In this document: piece by piece, positions 36,282 to 43,531 of the stretch
Numbering within the stretch: position 1 is the first letter of the stretch
Layout: every line of letters begins with the position of its first letter
Assembly: GCA_016650245.1 (NCBI GenBank)
Contig: JAENWD010000139.1
Span: 6,082 to 70,081, forward strand
DNA: 64,000 nucleotides
Source: Vicinamibacteria bacterium
GTDB lineage: Bacteria; Acidobacteriota; Vicinamibacteria; Vicinamibacterales; JAENWD01
Direction of reading: 5' to 3'
Program-made: the position numbers and the translations under genes
Notes under the pieces: model-generated
Database searches by the model: none
What the model was told of the DNA's origin: nothing
The model's input: the letters and a program-made list of their open reading frames with translations, nothing else

Positions 36282-36650
36282 TCATGGACGTTCGCGCGTC
36301 GACCGCCCAAGGCGCTCGAATTCCGACTGCAGGCGATCGAGTTCCTCGTCGTTCAGGCCTTCCAGGCTGATGAGCTGCGTGCGTGCTCCCACGGTGCTCC
36401 GAATGAGCTCGTCCAACTTCAATTGCAGCGCCCGGCTGTCGCGATTCTGGGTGTTCTGCAGGAGGAAGGCGACCAGGAAGGTGACCTGCGACGCCACCGT
36501 GTTCATGGTGAGCTGCCAGGTATCGGAGAACTGAAAGACCGGCCCGAGGATGAGCCAGACGACCGTCAGCATGACGTTCGCGACAAACGCCCACGGCGAC
36601 CCGATCACCGAAGCGGTCACTTCTGCAACCTGCCGAAACCACGCACCCAT
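36282..36650 (-). CDS. Low-affinity iron permease family protein (PF04120-like)
   Basis: FSDTWQLTMNTVASQVTFLVAFLLQNTQNRDSRALQLKLDELI is the family signature. I chose the internal ATG at 36650, with GGAGG 5 nt upstream. Confidence 0.8.
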   Translation of the reverse strand: MGAWFRQVAEVTASVIGSPWAFVANVMLTVVWLILGPVFQFSDTWQLTMNTVASQVTFLVAFLLQNTQNRDSRALQLKLDELIRSTVGARTQLISLEGLNDEELDRLQSEFERLGRSTRERP

Positions 36651-36666
36651 CGCCACCTCCGGTGGG

Positions 36667-36674
36667 AGTATGCT
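36667..36674. promoter_or_regulatory. AT-rich patch AGTATGCT reading as -10-like hexamers on both strands
   Basis: TATGCT on + (36669-36674, 7 nt before ATG 36682) and CATACT on - (36672-36667, 16 nt before ATG 36650). The divergent starts are only 31 bp apart. Confidence 0.3.
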
Positions 36675-36681
36675 CCTCCCC

Positions 36682-37545
36682 ATGCGTCGACGCGATTTGC
36701 TTTCCAGCCTCGTTGTGCTTCCCGCGCTGGGCAGGGTCGAGCGACTCGAAAACGTCCAGGGCACGGCCAATCGCCCCGGCTTGAAGCTCGGCGCCGTCAC
36801 CTACAACATCGCGAAGGATTGGGATGTTCCGACCCTTATTGCGAACCTCGCGGACGCGCGCTTCGACGCGGTGGAGCTGAGAACGACACATCGGCATGGC
36901 GTCGAGATCTCGCTCTCACCGGCCGCGCGAGTGGACGTCCGCAGGCGGTTCGACGACTCTCCAATCAGGATTGGCGGCCTGGGTACGACCTGCGAGTACC
37001 ACTCCCCTGACCTCGCCGTCGTCCGCAAGAATGTCGATGAGACCAAGGCCTGGGTGCAGCTTGCTCACGACATCGGCTCGCCGTCGGTGAAGGTACGCCC
37101 CAATGGGCTGCCAAAGGACGTCCCGGAGGAGAAGACTCTCGAGCAGATCGGCACAGCGCTCGCCGAGTGTGGCGCGTTTGCCCGCGAGCACGGCGTGACC
37201 GTGGAGCTCGAGGTGCACGGCGAGGGCTCGTCGCGGCTGCCCCGTATCCGCAAGATCCTGGACTACGGCGGGAACCATCCCGGCGTGCGTGTGTGCTGGA
37301 ACTCGAACCCGACGGATCTGCTGGATGGCGGCTTCGACGCGAACTTCGCCCTGGTGCGCGACCAGATCGGCCAGGTCCATATGCGCGACCTGTTCGTCGA
37401 AGACTACCCGTGGCGGCGGTTACTCACATCGCTGGCAGCGATGTCGTTCGAGGGCTACTGCTTCGCGGAGATTCCCGAGTCGCCCGATCCCGTGCGAGTG
37501 TTGAAGTACTTCCGAGCCGTGTTCCGCGCGTACCAAGACTTCTGA
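36682..37545 (+). CDS. Sugar phosphate isomerase/epimerase (TIM barrel) with TAT-type signal
   Basis: MRRRDLLSSLVVLPALG, then FDAVELR...VKVRPNG...ELEVHG pattern. ATG 36682 is preferred and ATG 36670 is possible. Track ORF 36550 overlaps the divergent gene. Confidence 0.8.
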   Translation: MRRRDLLSSLVVLPALGRVERLENVQGTANRPGLKLGAVTYNIAKDWDVPTLIANLADARFDAVELRTTHRHGVEISLSPAARVDVRRRFDDSPIRIGGLGTTCEYHSPDLAVVRKNVDETKAWVQLAHDIGSPSVKVRPNGLPKDVPEEKTLEQIGTALAECGAFAREHGVTVELEVHGEGSSRLPRIRKILDYGGNHPGVRVCWNSNPTDLLDGGFDANFALVRDQIGQVHMRDLFVEDYPWRRLLTSLAAMSFEGYCFAEIPESPDPVRVLKYFRAVFRAYQDF

Positions 37546-37583
37546 ACTCCCTGATATGCGGCTGTCAGACGCTGTGCGAGGAG

Positions 37584-37673
37584 TGGTGCCGGGGGCGGGA
37601 ATCGAACCCACACGCCTCTTTGGGAGGCCGCGGATTTTAAGTCCGCTGCGTCTGCCAGTTTCGCCACCCCGGC
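37584..37673 (-). tRNA. tRNA-Leu (anticodon UAA), CCA encoded
   Basis: Folded by hand. Acceptor GCCGGGG/CCCCGGC; anticodon stem GCGGA/TCCGC with loop CTTAAAA. Long variable arm GCCTC..GAGGC; T arm GTGGG-TTCGATT-CCCGC; discriminator A plus CCA. Confidence 0.93.
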
Positions 37674-37680
37674 CAACGTC

Positions 37681-37855
37681 GTGCCTGGTGCTCAGTGCTC
37701 AGTGCCAGGTGCGGTGCTGAGTGCCACGTGGTCAGTGCCTGGTGCGCCGAGCACGCAGTCGCCTCAGGCACTCGGCACGTCGCACTCGGCACAAGGCACC
37801 AGGCACATTGGCACCGCACCCAGCACCATGCACCGAGCACTCGGCACTATCAGTG
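37681..37855. repeat. About 170-bp inverted heptamer array: (GTGCNNN) about 10 units, then (GCACNNN) about 12 units
   Basis: Read directly. GTGCCTGGTGC occurs at 37681 and 37735 and its exact complement GCACCAGGCAC at 37796. The arms are imperfectly complementary around a centre near 37755. Confidence 0.85.
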
Positions 37856-38095
37856 GTCCGAGACCTCCGTCCACCCGGCCACGACTAACGGCGACTTCAA
37901 CGCCTCCGCACGCGCCAGCGCGCCGCTCAGGTCGGCGTAGGTCTGGCTGAACAGCAGGTCCGAGCCCTTCTCGATCGCCAGCCAGTAGCCGCTGGGGGGC
38001 TCGACGATGAAGCAGTGGAGATGGTCATCGTGACGGCTGAGACGCCAGAGGGTCACGGCTTCGCCACGCAGACGGATGAGGAGCTGCTCGTTCAT
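37850..38095 (-). CDS. Hypothetical small protein (81 aa)
   Basis: Strong third-position GC. The start lies 5 nt after the upstream ORF's stop. No family recognised. Confidence 0.55.
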   Translation of the reverse strand: MNEQLLIRLRGEAVTLWRLSRHDDHLHCFIVEPPSGYWLAIEKGSDLLFSQTYADLSGALARAEALKSPLVVAGWTEVSDH

Positions 38096-38100
38096 CGGTG

Positions 38101-38469
38101 TCAGTGCACCACAGGTGACTCACGATGCGGCAACCGATCGGCCGCCATCACGCGCGTGATCGTCGCTTCCAGTTCCACTGGGTCGACGTCGAAGGGCCCG
38201 GCCGCGGCTGCGCCAATCTGAATCTCGACGGCCACCGTGAATCCGCCGCCCTCGAACGGGCTGACGATCCAATTGAAGCCGCGCAGCGCCACGGCCCGAT
38301 TGCGATCGGCAGCCGGCGACTTCGCCCGATCCACGGCGCGCAGCAGTTCCTTCAGCAACACGCGCACCTCGTCGTCGGTCCACCCGCGCGGCGGGCCCAA
38401 CGGGGCCTCCACCACGTCGGTGATAGCAAAGTCGTTGCCCTTCAGCCAGACCTCGATCTCAAGGCGCAT
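38101..38469 (-). CDS. Hypothetical protein (122 aa)
   Basis: Strong third-position GC. TACAAT (38482-38477) lies 7 nt upstream of the ATG. No family recognised. Confidence 0.6.
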   Translation of the reverse strand: MRLEIEVWLKGNDFAITDVVEAPLGPPRGWTDDEVRVLLKELLRAVDRAKSPAADRNRAVALRGFNWIVSPFEGGGFTVAVEIQIGAAAAGPFDVDPVELEATITRVMAADRLPHRESPVVH

Positions 38470-38491
38470 CCGGCCGATTGTAGCATCTGTG

Positions 38492-38509
38492 CCGGAACTA
38501 AAGTTCCGG
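38492..38509 (-). terminator. Hairpin CCGGAAC-ttta-GTTCCGG after the thioredoxin-domain gene
   Basis: 7-bp perfect stem with a 4-nt loop, 55 nt after the stop at 38564 and just upstream of the TACAAT box. Confidence 0.4.
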
Positions 38510-38563
38510 CCTACGTACGCCCTACGGACCCGCGTCGCCAGCGCTCCGCCGGGACGCGCACCT

Positions 38564-40702
38564 TCAGCGCCCGAGTTGCTCCCTCAGTGCTTCGGGCGTC
38601 GTCGCCGGCGCCCGGCACGTGAAGTCGGCGCAGAGATACGCGGCCGCCTGTCCCTCGCCAGGCCCCATCGCAGCGACCAGGGGTAACGCTGCACCGAGTG
38701 CGTGCGCGTGGGCTGGCGAGACGGGCACTTCGACCAGAAACGGTCGATAGTGCTCCGCCGCCACCTCGCGCAGTGCAGCAGCCGATTCTGCCCCACCGTC
38801 GGCCTCGACGATAACCAGTTGGCCGATGCCGGCCTCCTCGCCCACCAGCGCCGACAGCACCAGCGGCACCGCGCGCGCGTACTCGCCCAGCCGCGTGCCG
38901 AACCGCGCGATCGAATGGGTGATGCGAGCGGTGCGCTCGGCGTCCGGCGTCAGATGCGTCAGCACCTGCAGATTGAGCAGCGCCAGCGCCGTCGGCGACG
39001 GCTCGGCGCCGTCGTAATCTTCCTTCGACCGGATGAGCACCGTCGGATCTTCACCAGTCGTGCTGAACCAGCCGCCGTCGATCGGATCGTAGAACCGCTG
39101 GTCAAGGACCGACTGCAACCGATCGGCCCAGCGCAGCCACTGGGGGTCGCCGTCGGCCTGGAACAGCTCCAGAAGGCCGAACGTCAGCGCGGCGTAGTCC
39201 TCCGCATAACCGTCCACGGCGGCGTCTCCGTCCCTGAAGCGCCGTAACAGCACCGCGCGATCGTCGTCCCATAATTGGTCGCGCAGGAAACCGGCCGCGC
39301 GTTGCGCCGTCACCAGATGCGCGGCCGCAGTCTCGCGCAGGCCGAACCGGCGTGCGCGCAGCACACGCGCGGCACGCGCGAAGGCCGCGATCATCAAGCC
39401 GTTCCACGCCGCCAGCACCTTGTCATCCAGATGAGGCCGCGGGCGGTCCAGCCGCGCGGCAAACAGCGCGAGGCGCGCATGGGCAAGCGTGTCGGCGACG
39501 TCGTCGGAGGTCCGACCAGTCTGGGCGACGATATCGTCCACCGACGCGGCGGTGTAGAGCAGATTCATCCCGGTGAACTCGCCCTGCGGATCAAACGGGG
39601 CGTTGCCGCCCTCTTCCACGCCAAGGCGGGCCGCCACGACGTCGGCGTCGCTGCCCACCACCTGGCGCAGTTCGCTGGCGCTCCAGGTATAGAAGGCCCC
39701 CTCGACCTTGTGGCCGTGGGGCGGCGCGCCTGGCGGCAGGCTGTCGGCGTCCTCCGCGGAATAGAACCCGCCATCAGGATGCGTCAGCTCGCGGCCCACG
39801 TACTGCAGCGTGTCGTCGGCGACCTGCGCGAAGAACCGGTCGCCGGTGGCTTGCGCGGCTTCGAGGTACGCCAGCACGAGCTGCGCCTGGTCGTACAACA
39901 TCTTCTCGAAATGCGGGACGCGCCAGGCCTCGTCCACCGAGTAGCGGTGAAACCCGCCGCCGACGTGGTCGCGCATACCACCCAGCGCCATCGCGCGCAG
40001 GGCGTGAAGAGCCAGATCGCGAGGCACTGGCTCGTTGGTCCGGGCGTGTTCGCGCAGCAGGAACAGCAGCTCGCTGGGCCGAGGAAACTTCGGTGCGCTG
40101 CCAAAGCCGCCATGCCGTGCGTCGTAGGATTGGGCAAACGAGGCGACGCCGCGCGCCAGCACGTCGGGCGCCGGGGCGGCCGTGCCTCCGGGGCTGGCGG
40201 TCGCCGACTCGCGCATCCGGCGCACCAACTCGGTGGCCGACAGTTCGATCCGCGCGCGCTCGTCGCGCCACGCGCGCGCGATGGCCTGCAGCACTTCGAC
40301 AAACCCAGGCCGGTTGTACCGCGACTCAGGCGGAAAGTATGTGCCGCCGAAAAACGGCTTCAGCTGCGGCGTCAGCCACACGCTCATCGGCCACCCGCCG
40401 GCACCGGTGGTCGCCTGGACGAAAGACATGTAGACGCGGTCCACATCCGGACGCTCTTCGCGGTCGACCTTGATCGACACAAACGACTGGTTGAGGACGT
40501 CGGCCACCGACTCCTGCTCGAACGACTCGTGCTCCATCACGTGGCACCAGTGACAGGTCGAGTAGCCCACCGACAAAAAGATCGGTTTGTCTTCAGCACG
40601 CGCCCGCGCAAAGGCCTCGTCACCCCACGGATACCAGTCCACGGGGTTCTGCGCGTGCTGCAGCAGGTACGGGCTCTTCTCGGCGGCGAGGCGGTTGGGC
40701 AT
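38564..40702 (-). CDS. Thioredoxin-domain protein, YyaL/SPATA20-like (DUF255 plus six-hairpin glycosidase-like domain)
   Basis: [24 protein letters not shown]...[21 protein letters not shown] is the family signature. 712 aa. Confidence 0.88.
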   Translation of the reverse strand: MPNRLAAEKSPYLLQHAQNPVDWYPWGDEAFARARAEDKPIFLSVGYSTCHWCHVMEHESFEQESVADVLNQSFVSIKVDREERPDVDRVYMSFVQATTGAGGWPMSVWLTPQLKPFFGGTYFPPESRYNRPGFVEVLQAIARAWRDERARIELSATELVRRMRESATASPGGTAAPAPDVLARGVASFAQSYDARHGGFGSAPKFPRPSELLFLLREHARTNEPVPRDLALHALRAMALGGMRDHVGGGFHRYSVDEAWRVPHFEKMLYDQAQLVLAYLEAAQATGDRFFAQVADDTLQYVGRELTHPDGGFYSAEDADSLPPGAPPHGHKVEGAFYTWSASELRQVVGSDADVVAARLGVEEGGNAPFDPQGEFTGMNLLYTAASVDDIVAQTGRTSDDVADTLAHARLALFAARLDRPRPHLDDKVLAAWNGLMIAAFARAARVLRARRFGLRETAAAHLVTAQRAAGFLRDQLWDDDRAVLLRRFRDGDAAVDGYAEDYAALTFGLLELFQADGDPQWLRWADRLQSVLDQRFYDPIDGGWFSTTGEDPTVLIRSKEDYDGAEPSPTALALLNLQVLTHLTPDAERTARITHSIARFGTRLGEYARAVPLVLSALVGEEAGIGQLVIVEADGGAESAAALREVAAEHYRPFLVEVPVSPAHAHALGAALPLVAAMGPGEGQAAAYLCADFTCRAPATTPEALREQLGR

Positions 40703-40716
40703 GGGAGACCATTATG

Positions 40717-40792
40717 CCTTCTGACTTCTGCCCTCGGCCCTCAGACTCTGCGAATCTGCGGAATCCACCCGAAGGCTGAAGGCCGCAGGCCG
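40717..40792. repeat. Paired short tandem units in a divergent spacer: CTTCTGA CTTCTGC CCTCGGC CCTCAGA ... CTGCGAAT CTGCGGAAT ... GAAGGCT GAAGGCC GCAGGCC
   Basis: Read directly. The left CTTC-units and right GAAGG-units are roughly complementary (CTTCTGACTTC versus reverse complement CTTCAGCCTTC). Confidence 0.75.
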
Positions 40793-40815
40793 ATCCCCCG
40801 TGATATACATCTCCC

Positions 40816-41352
40816 ATGACCGACGAGCAGAAGCCGCGGCGCGTGGCCGTGCTGCTGGAGGACGAGTTCGAAGACAGCGAAGTCACCGGCCCGGTGGAGC
40901 GCCTGCGTGCTGCGGGCCTGGAGGTCGTGCTCGTGGGTCCTCTTGCCGGCCACACCTACACCGGTAAGAAAGGCACAGCCATCGTCGCCGAATTGGCCGC
41001 CGGCAAGGCTCGCGCGCGCGACTTCGATGCGGTCGTCGTGCCAGGCGGACACGCTCCCGATCGCATGCGGATGCGACACGCGATGGTCGATCTGGTGCGC
41101 GACATGATCGCCGCCAACAAGCCCGTGGCCGCGATCTGCCACGGCCCGCAGTTGCTGATCTCGGTCAACGCACTGCGGGGACGGACTGTCACCTGCTGGC
41201 CGTCGATCGCCATCGACGTCAAGAACGCCGGCGGCCTCTACGTTGACAAACCCGTCGTCGTTGACGGCCCCGTGATCACGTCCCGCAAGCCCGATGACAT
41301 CCCCTTCTTCAGCGACGCGATCATCGCCGCGCTGAAAGTCCGTAGTCCGTAG
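40816..41352 (+). CDS. DJ-1/PfpI-family protein (class I glutamine amidotransferase-like)
   Basis: VVVPGGHAP and AAICHGPQLL (nucleophile elbow Cys-His) motifs. 178 aa. Confidence 0.88.
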   Translation: MTDEQKPRRVAVLLEDEFEDSEVTGPVERLRAAGLEVVLVGPLAGHTYTGKKGTAIVAELAAGKARARDFDAVVVPGGHAPDRMRMRHAMVDLVRDMIAANKPVAAICHGPQLLISVNALRGRTVTCWPSIAIDVKNAGGLYVDKPVVVDGPVITSRKPDDIPFFSDAIIAALKVRSP

Positions 41353-41365
41353 TCCGCAGTCCGTG
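41338..41365. repeat. Tandem heptamer array: GTCCGTA GTCCGTA GTCCGCA GTCCGTG
   Basis: Read directly. It encodes the last residues (VRSP) and the TAG stop of the DJ-1/PfpI gene and fills most of the 22-nt spacer to the next ATG. Confidence 0.85.
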
Positions 41366-41374
41366 TAGCCAGCC

Positions 41375-42316
41375 ATGCGCATCGGCATCGACCTGGGCGG
41401 CACCAAGATCGAAGGGATCGTGCTCGACGACACCGGCGCGGTCCGCTTTCGGGAGCGACGCGCCACGCCCCGCGGCGACTACGACGGCACAATCGAGGCC
41501 TTGGTCGATCTGGTCGCGGCGGCGGAGATGGCCATCGGCCACACAGCCACCGTCGGCATCGGCATGCCCGGCGCGATCTCACCGGCGACTGGCATGGTGA
41601 AAAACGCGAACTCCACGTGGCTGATCGGCCGGACGCTCGACCGCGATCTGGAAGCGCGCCTCGGGCGGCCCGTGCGGCTCGCCAACGACGCCAACTGCTT
41701 CGCGCTGTCAGAGGCCAGTGACGGCGCCGCCGCGGGCGCCCCGGTGGTGTTTGGCGTGATCGTCGGCACCGGATGCGGCGGCGGCGTGGTCGTGCACGGG
41801 CACGTGCTTACCGGACCCAACGCGATCGCCGGCGAATGGGGCCACAATCCTCTGCCGTGGCCCGCGGCCGACGAGCTGCCGGGGCCAGAGTGCTACTGCG
41901 GCAAGCGCGGTTGCCTCGAGACGTACCTTTCGGGCCCGGGCCTTGCCCGCGACTACGCCGCGTGCGCCGGGGTCGACCCCACCAAAATCAAAGGCGCCAC
42001 CGTCGTCGCCTGCGCCGCCGCTGGCGACCGCCATGCCATCGCGGCCCTCGATCGCTACGCGCATCGGCTCGCGCGAGGACTGGCCACCGTTATCAACACG
42101 ATCGACCCCGACGTGATCGTGCTGGGCGGCGGTGTGTCAAACGTCACGATGCTGTACGACGCCGTGCCACGCTGGCTCGACCAGTTCGTCTTCTCTGATC
42201 ACGTCGCGACGCGGATCGTGCCCCCGATGCACGGGGATTCCAGCGGCGTCCGCGGGGCGGCGTGGCTGTGGCCCCAGGGTCATCAGGCCACAGGCCTCGA
42301 GTCGCCGGGGCGCTAG
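41375..42316 (+). CDS. ROK-family sugar kinase (fructokinase/Mak- or NagK-like)
   Basis: MRIGIDLGGTKIE, LANDANCFALSE, GTGCGGG, GEWGH and zinc motif CYCGKRGCLE. Confidence 0.88.
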   Translation: MRIGIDLGGTKIEGIVLDDTGAVRFRERRATPRGDYDGTIEALVDLVAAAEMAIGHTATVGIGMPGAISPATGMVKNANSTWLIGRTLDRDLEARLGRPVRLANDANCFALSEASDGAAAGAPVVFGVIVGTGCGGGVVVHGHVLTGPNAIAGEWGHNPLPWPAADELPGPECYCGKRGCLETYLSGPGLARDYAACAGVDPTKIKGATVVACAAAGDRHAIAALDRYAHRLARGLATVINTIDPDVIVLGGGVSNVTMLYDAVPRWLDQFVFSDHVATRIVPPMHGDSSGVRGAAWLWPQGHQATGLESPGR

Positions 42317-42340
42317 CCTCAGGCCTCAGGCGCAGCTCAG
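42316..42340. repeat. Heptamer array GCCTCAG GCCTCAG GCGCAG CTCAG between convergent stops
   Basis: Read directly. It starts at the last base of the ROK TAG and includes the TCA (TGA complement) stop of the yihY-like gene. Confidence 0.8.
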
Positions 42341-43272
42341 GGCGAAAGCGGCGGCGCTGCCGGCGCCTGGTCGGTGCGGCCGCGTCGGATACGGCTGTAG
42401 GCAGCCGTGAACTCAACGCCGTACAGCAGGATCACCGCCGACACGTACACCCACAAGAGGAAGACGATCACGGCACCGATCGATCCGTGCACGCTGAAGC
42501 GCGACATATCGCGCACATACCATGAGAAGCCCGCAAAGGCGGACCGCCACAGCAGGCCCGTCATCACCGCCCCGACCCAGACGTCGCGGAAGCGCACCTT
42601 CGCGTTGGGCACGAAGTAGAACACCAGCCCGACGGCCAGAATCAGCCCGAAGGTTGCCGCCCAGCTCACCCCGAAACCCCGCAGCTCCATCAACCACGGA
42701 AACCGCCCCGCCACCGTCGCAAACCACGAGGCGCCAACCACCTGGCTTGCGCTGAACACCACCAGCGTCAGCGCCAGCAGGCCGCACGATGCGGCCAGCA
42801 TCAGAAACGCGACGAGCTTGTGCTTGAGATAGCTCCGCTGCCGTTCGACGCGCCACGCGCTGTTGACAGTCGTGCTGACCGCGCTGAAGAAACCCAGCGA
42901 TGCCCAGGTGAGTGCCACCCCGCCCATCACGCCCAGGGGAACCTGCGTGCGCTGGATCGCGGTGATCTGGGCGCTGACGAACTCGAGGCGCGTGGGAAAG
43001 TACCGCAGCACGAAGTCCAGCGTGGCCCGCCGCGCCTGCTCGTCCTCGGTGAATGAGCCGAGCACCGACACCACGAGCAGGAGGAAGGGAAACAGCGAGA
43101 GGAGCGCGTAGTAGGCGATCGACGCCGAGTGCGTGAGGTCGTCGCTGTTGTAAAAGCTGGTGAACCCGCGCCATGCCGCCCGCGCCGACAGCGACACGAC
43201 ACGGCGCGCGCGCCCGGCCAGCGCCCCGACCCACCGGCGCTGGTGGGCTCGTCGTGGGAAATGTCCCGTCAT
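42337..43272 (-). CDS. YihY/BrkB (ribonuclease BN-like) family membrane protein
   Basis: SASIAYYALLSLFPFLLL... and six TM segments. I chose the internal ATG at 43272; the upstream track codons are Arg-rich. Confidence 0.8.
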   Translation of the reverse strand: MTGHFPRRAHQRRWVGALAGRARRVVSLSARAAWRGFTSFYNSDDLTHSASIAYYALLSLFPFLLLVVSVLGSFTEDEQARRATLDFVLRYFPTRLEFVSAQITAIQRTQVPLGVMGGVALTWASLGFFSAVSTTVNSAWRVERQRSYLKHKLVAFLMLAASCGLLALTLVVFSASQVVGASWFATVAGRFPWLMELRGFGVSWAATFGLILAVGLVFYFVPNAKVRFRDVWVGAVMTGLLWRSAFAGFSWYVRDMSRFSVHGSIGAVIVFLLWVYVSAVILLYGVEFTAAYSRIRRGRTDQAPAAPPLSP

Positions 43273-43291
43273 CCGAGCTGGCGCCACGCCC

Positions 43292-43531
43292 TCAGCGCGT
43301 GGCCGATCGCGACGCGACGTCGCGTGCCGCCTGCCCACTCTGGCGGGCGGCAGCCTGCAGGCGTCTGGCCGACGACGACAGCGCCATCGCCTGGCTGGCC
43401 AGGTCCTGCAGCCGTGGCTCGAGCCGCGCCCGCACCCGGCGACCATCATCGGTGAGCCACAGCCATCCGGCGACCCCGCCGGCGACCCCGCCGGCCACCA
43501 GGCCGATCAACACCGCCGTCCGATCACGCAC
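43292..43531 (-). CDS. YtxH-like small membrane-anchored protein (79 aa)
   Basis: My own reading of the C-terminal part of track ORF 43292..43855. GTG 43531 gives VRDRTAVLIGLVAGGVAGGVAGWLWL followed by a helical Arg/Ala/Gln tail. It overlaps the response-regulator stop by 8 nt. Confidence 0.5.
   Translation of the reverse strand: MRDRTAVLIGLVAGGVAGGVAGWLWLTDDGRRVRARLEPRLQDLASQAMALSSSARRLQAAARQSGQAARDVASRSATR

Noticed and set aside
37681-37855. Possible CRISPR array
   Set aside because: The units are 7 nt with no unique spacers and no cas genes. The same applies to the other heptamer arrays.
37546-38563. Integrative element at tRNA-Leu
   Set aside because: There is no integrase or recombinase, no repeat of the tRNA 3' end, and no compositional break beyond the repeat array itself.
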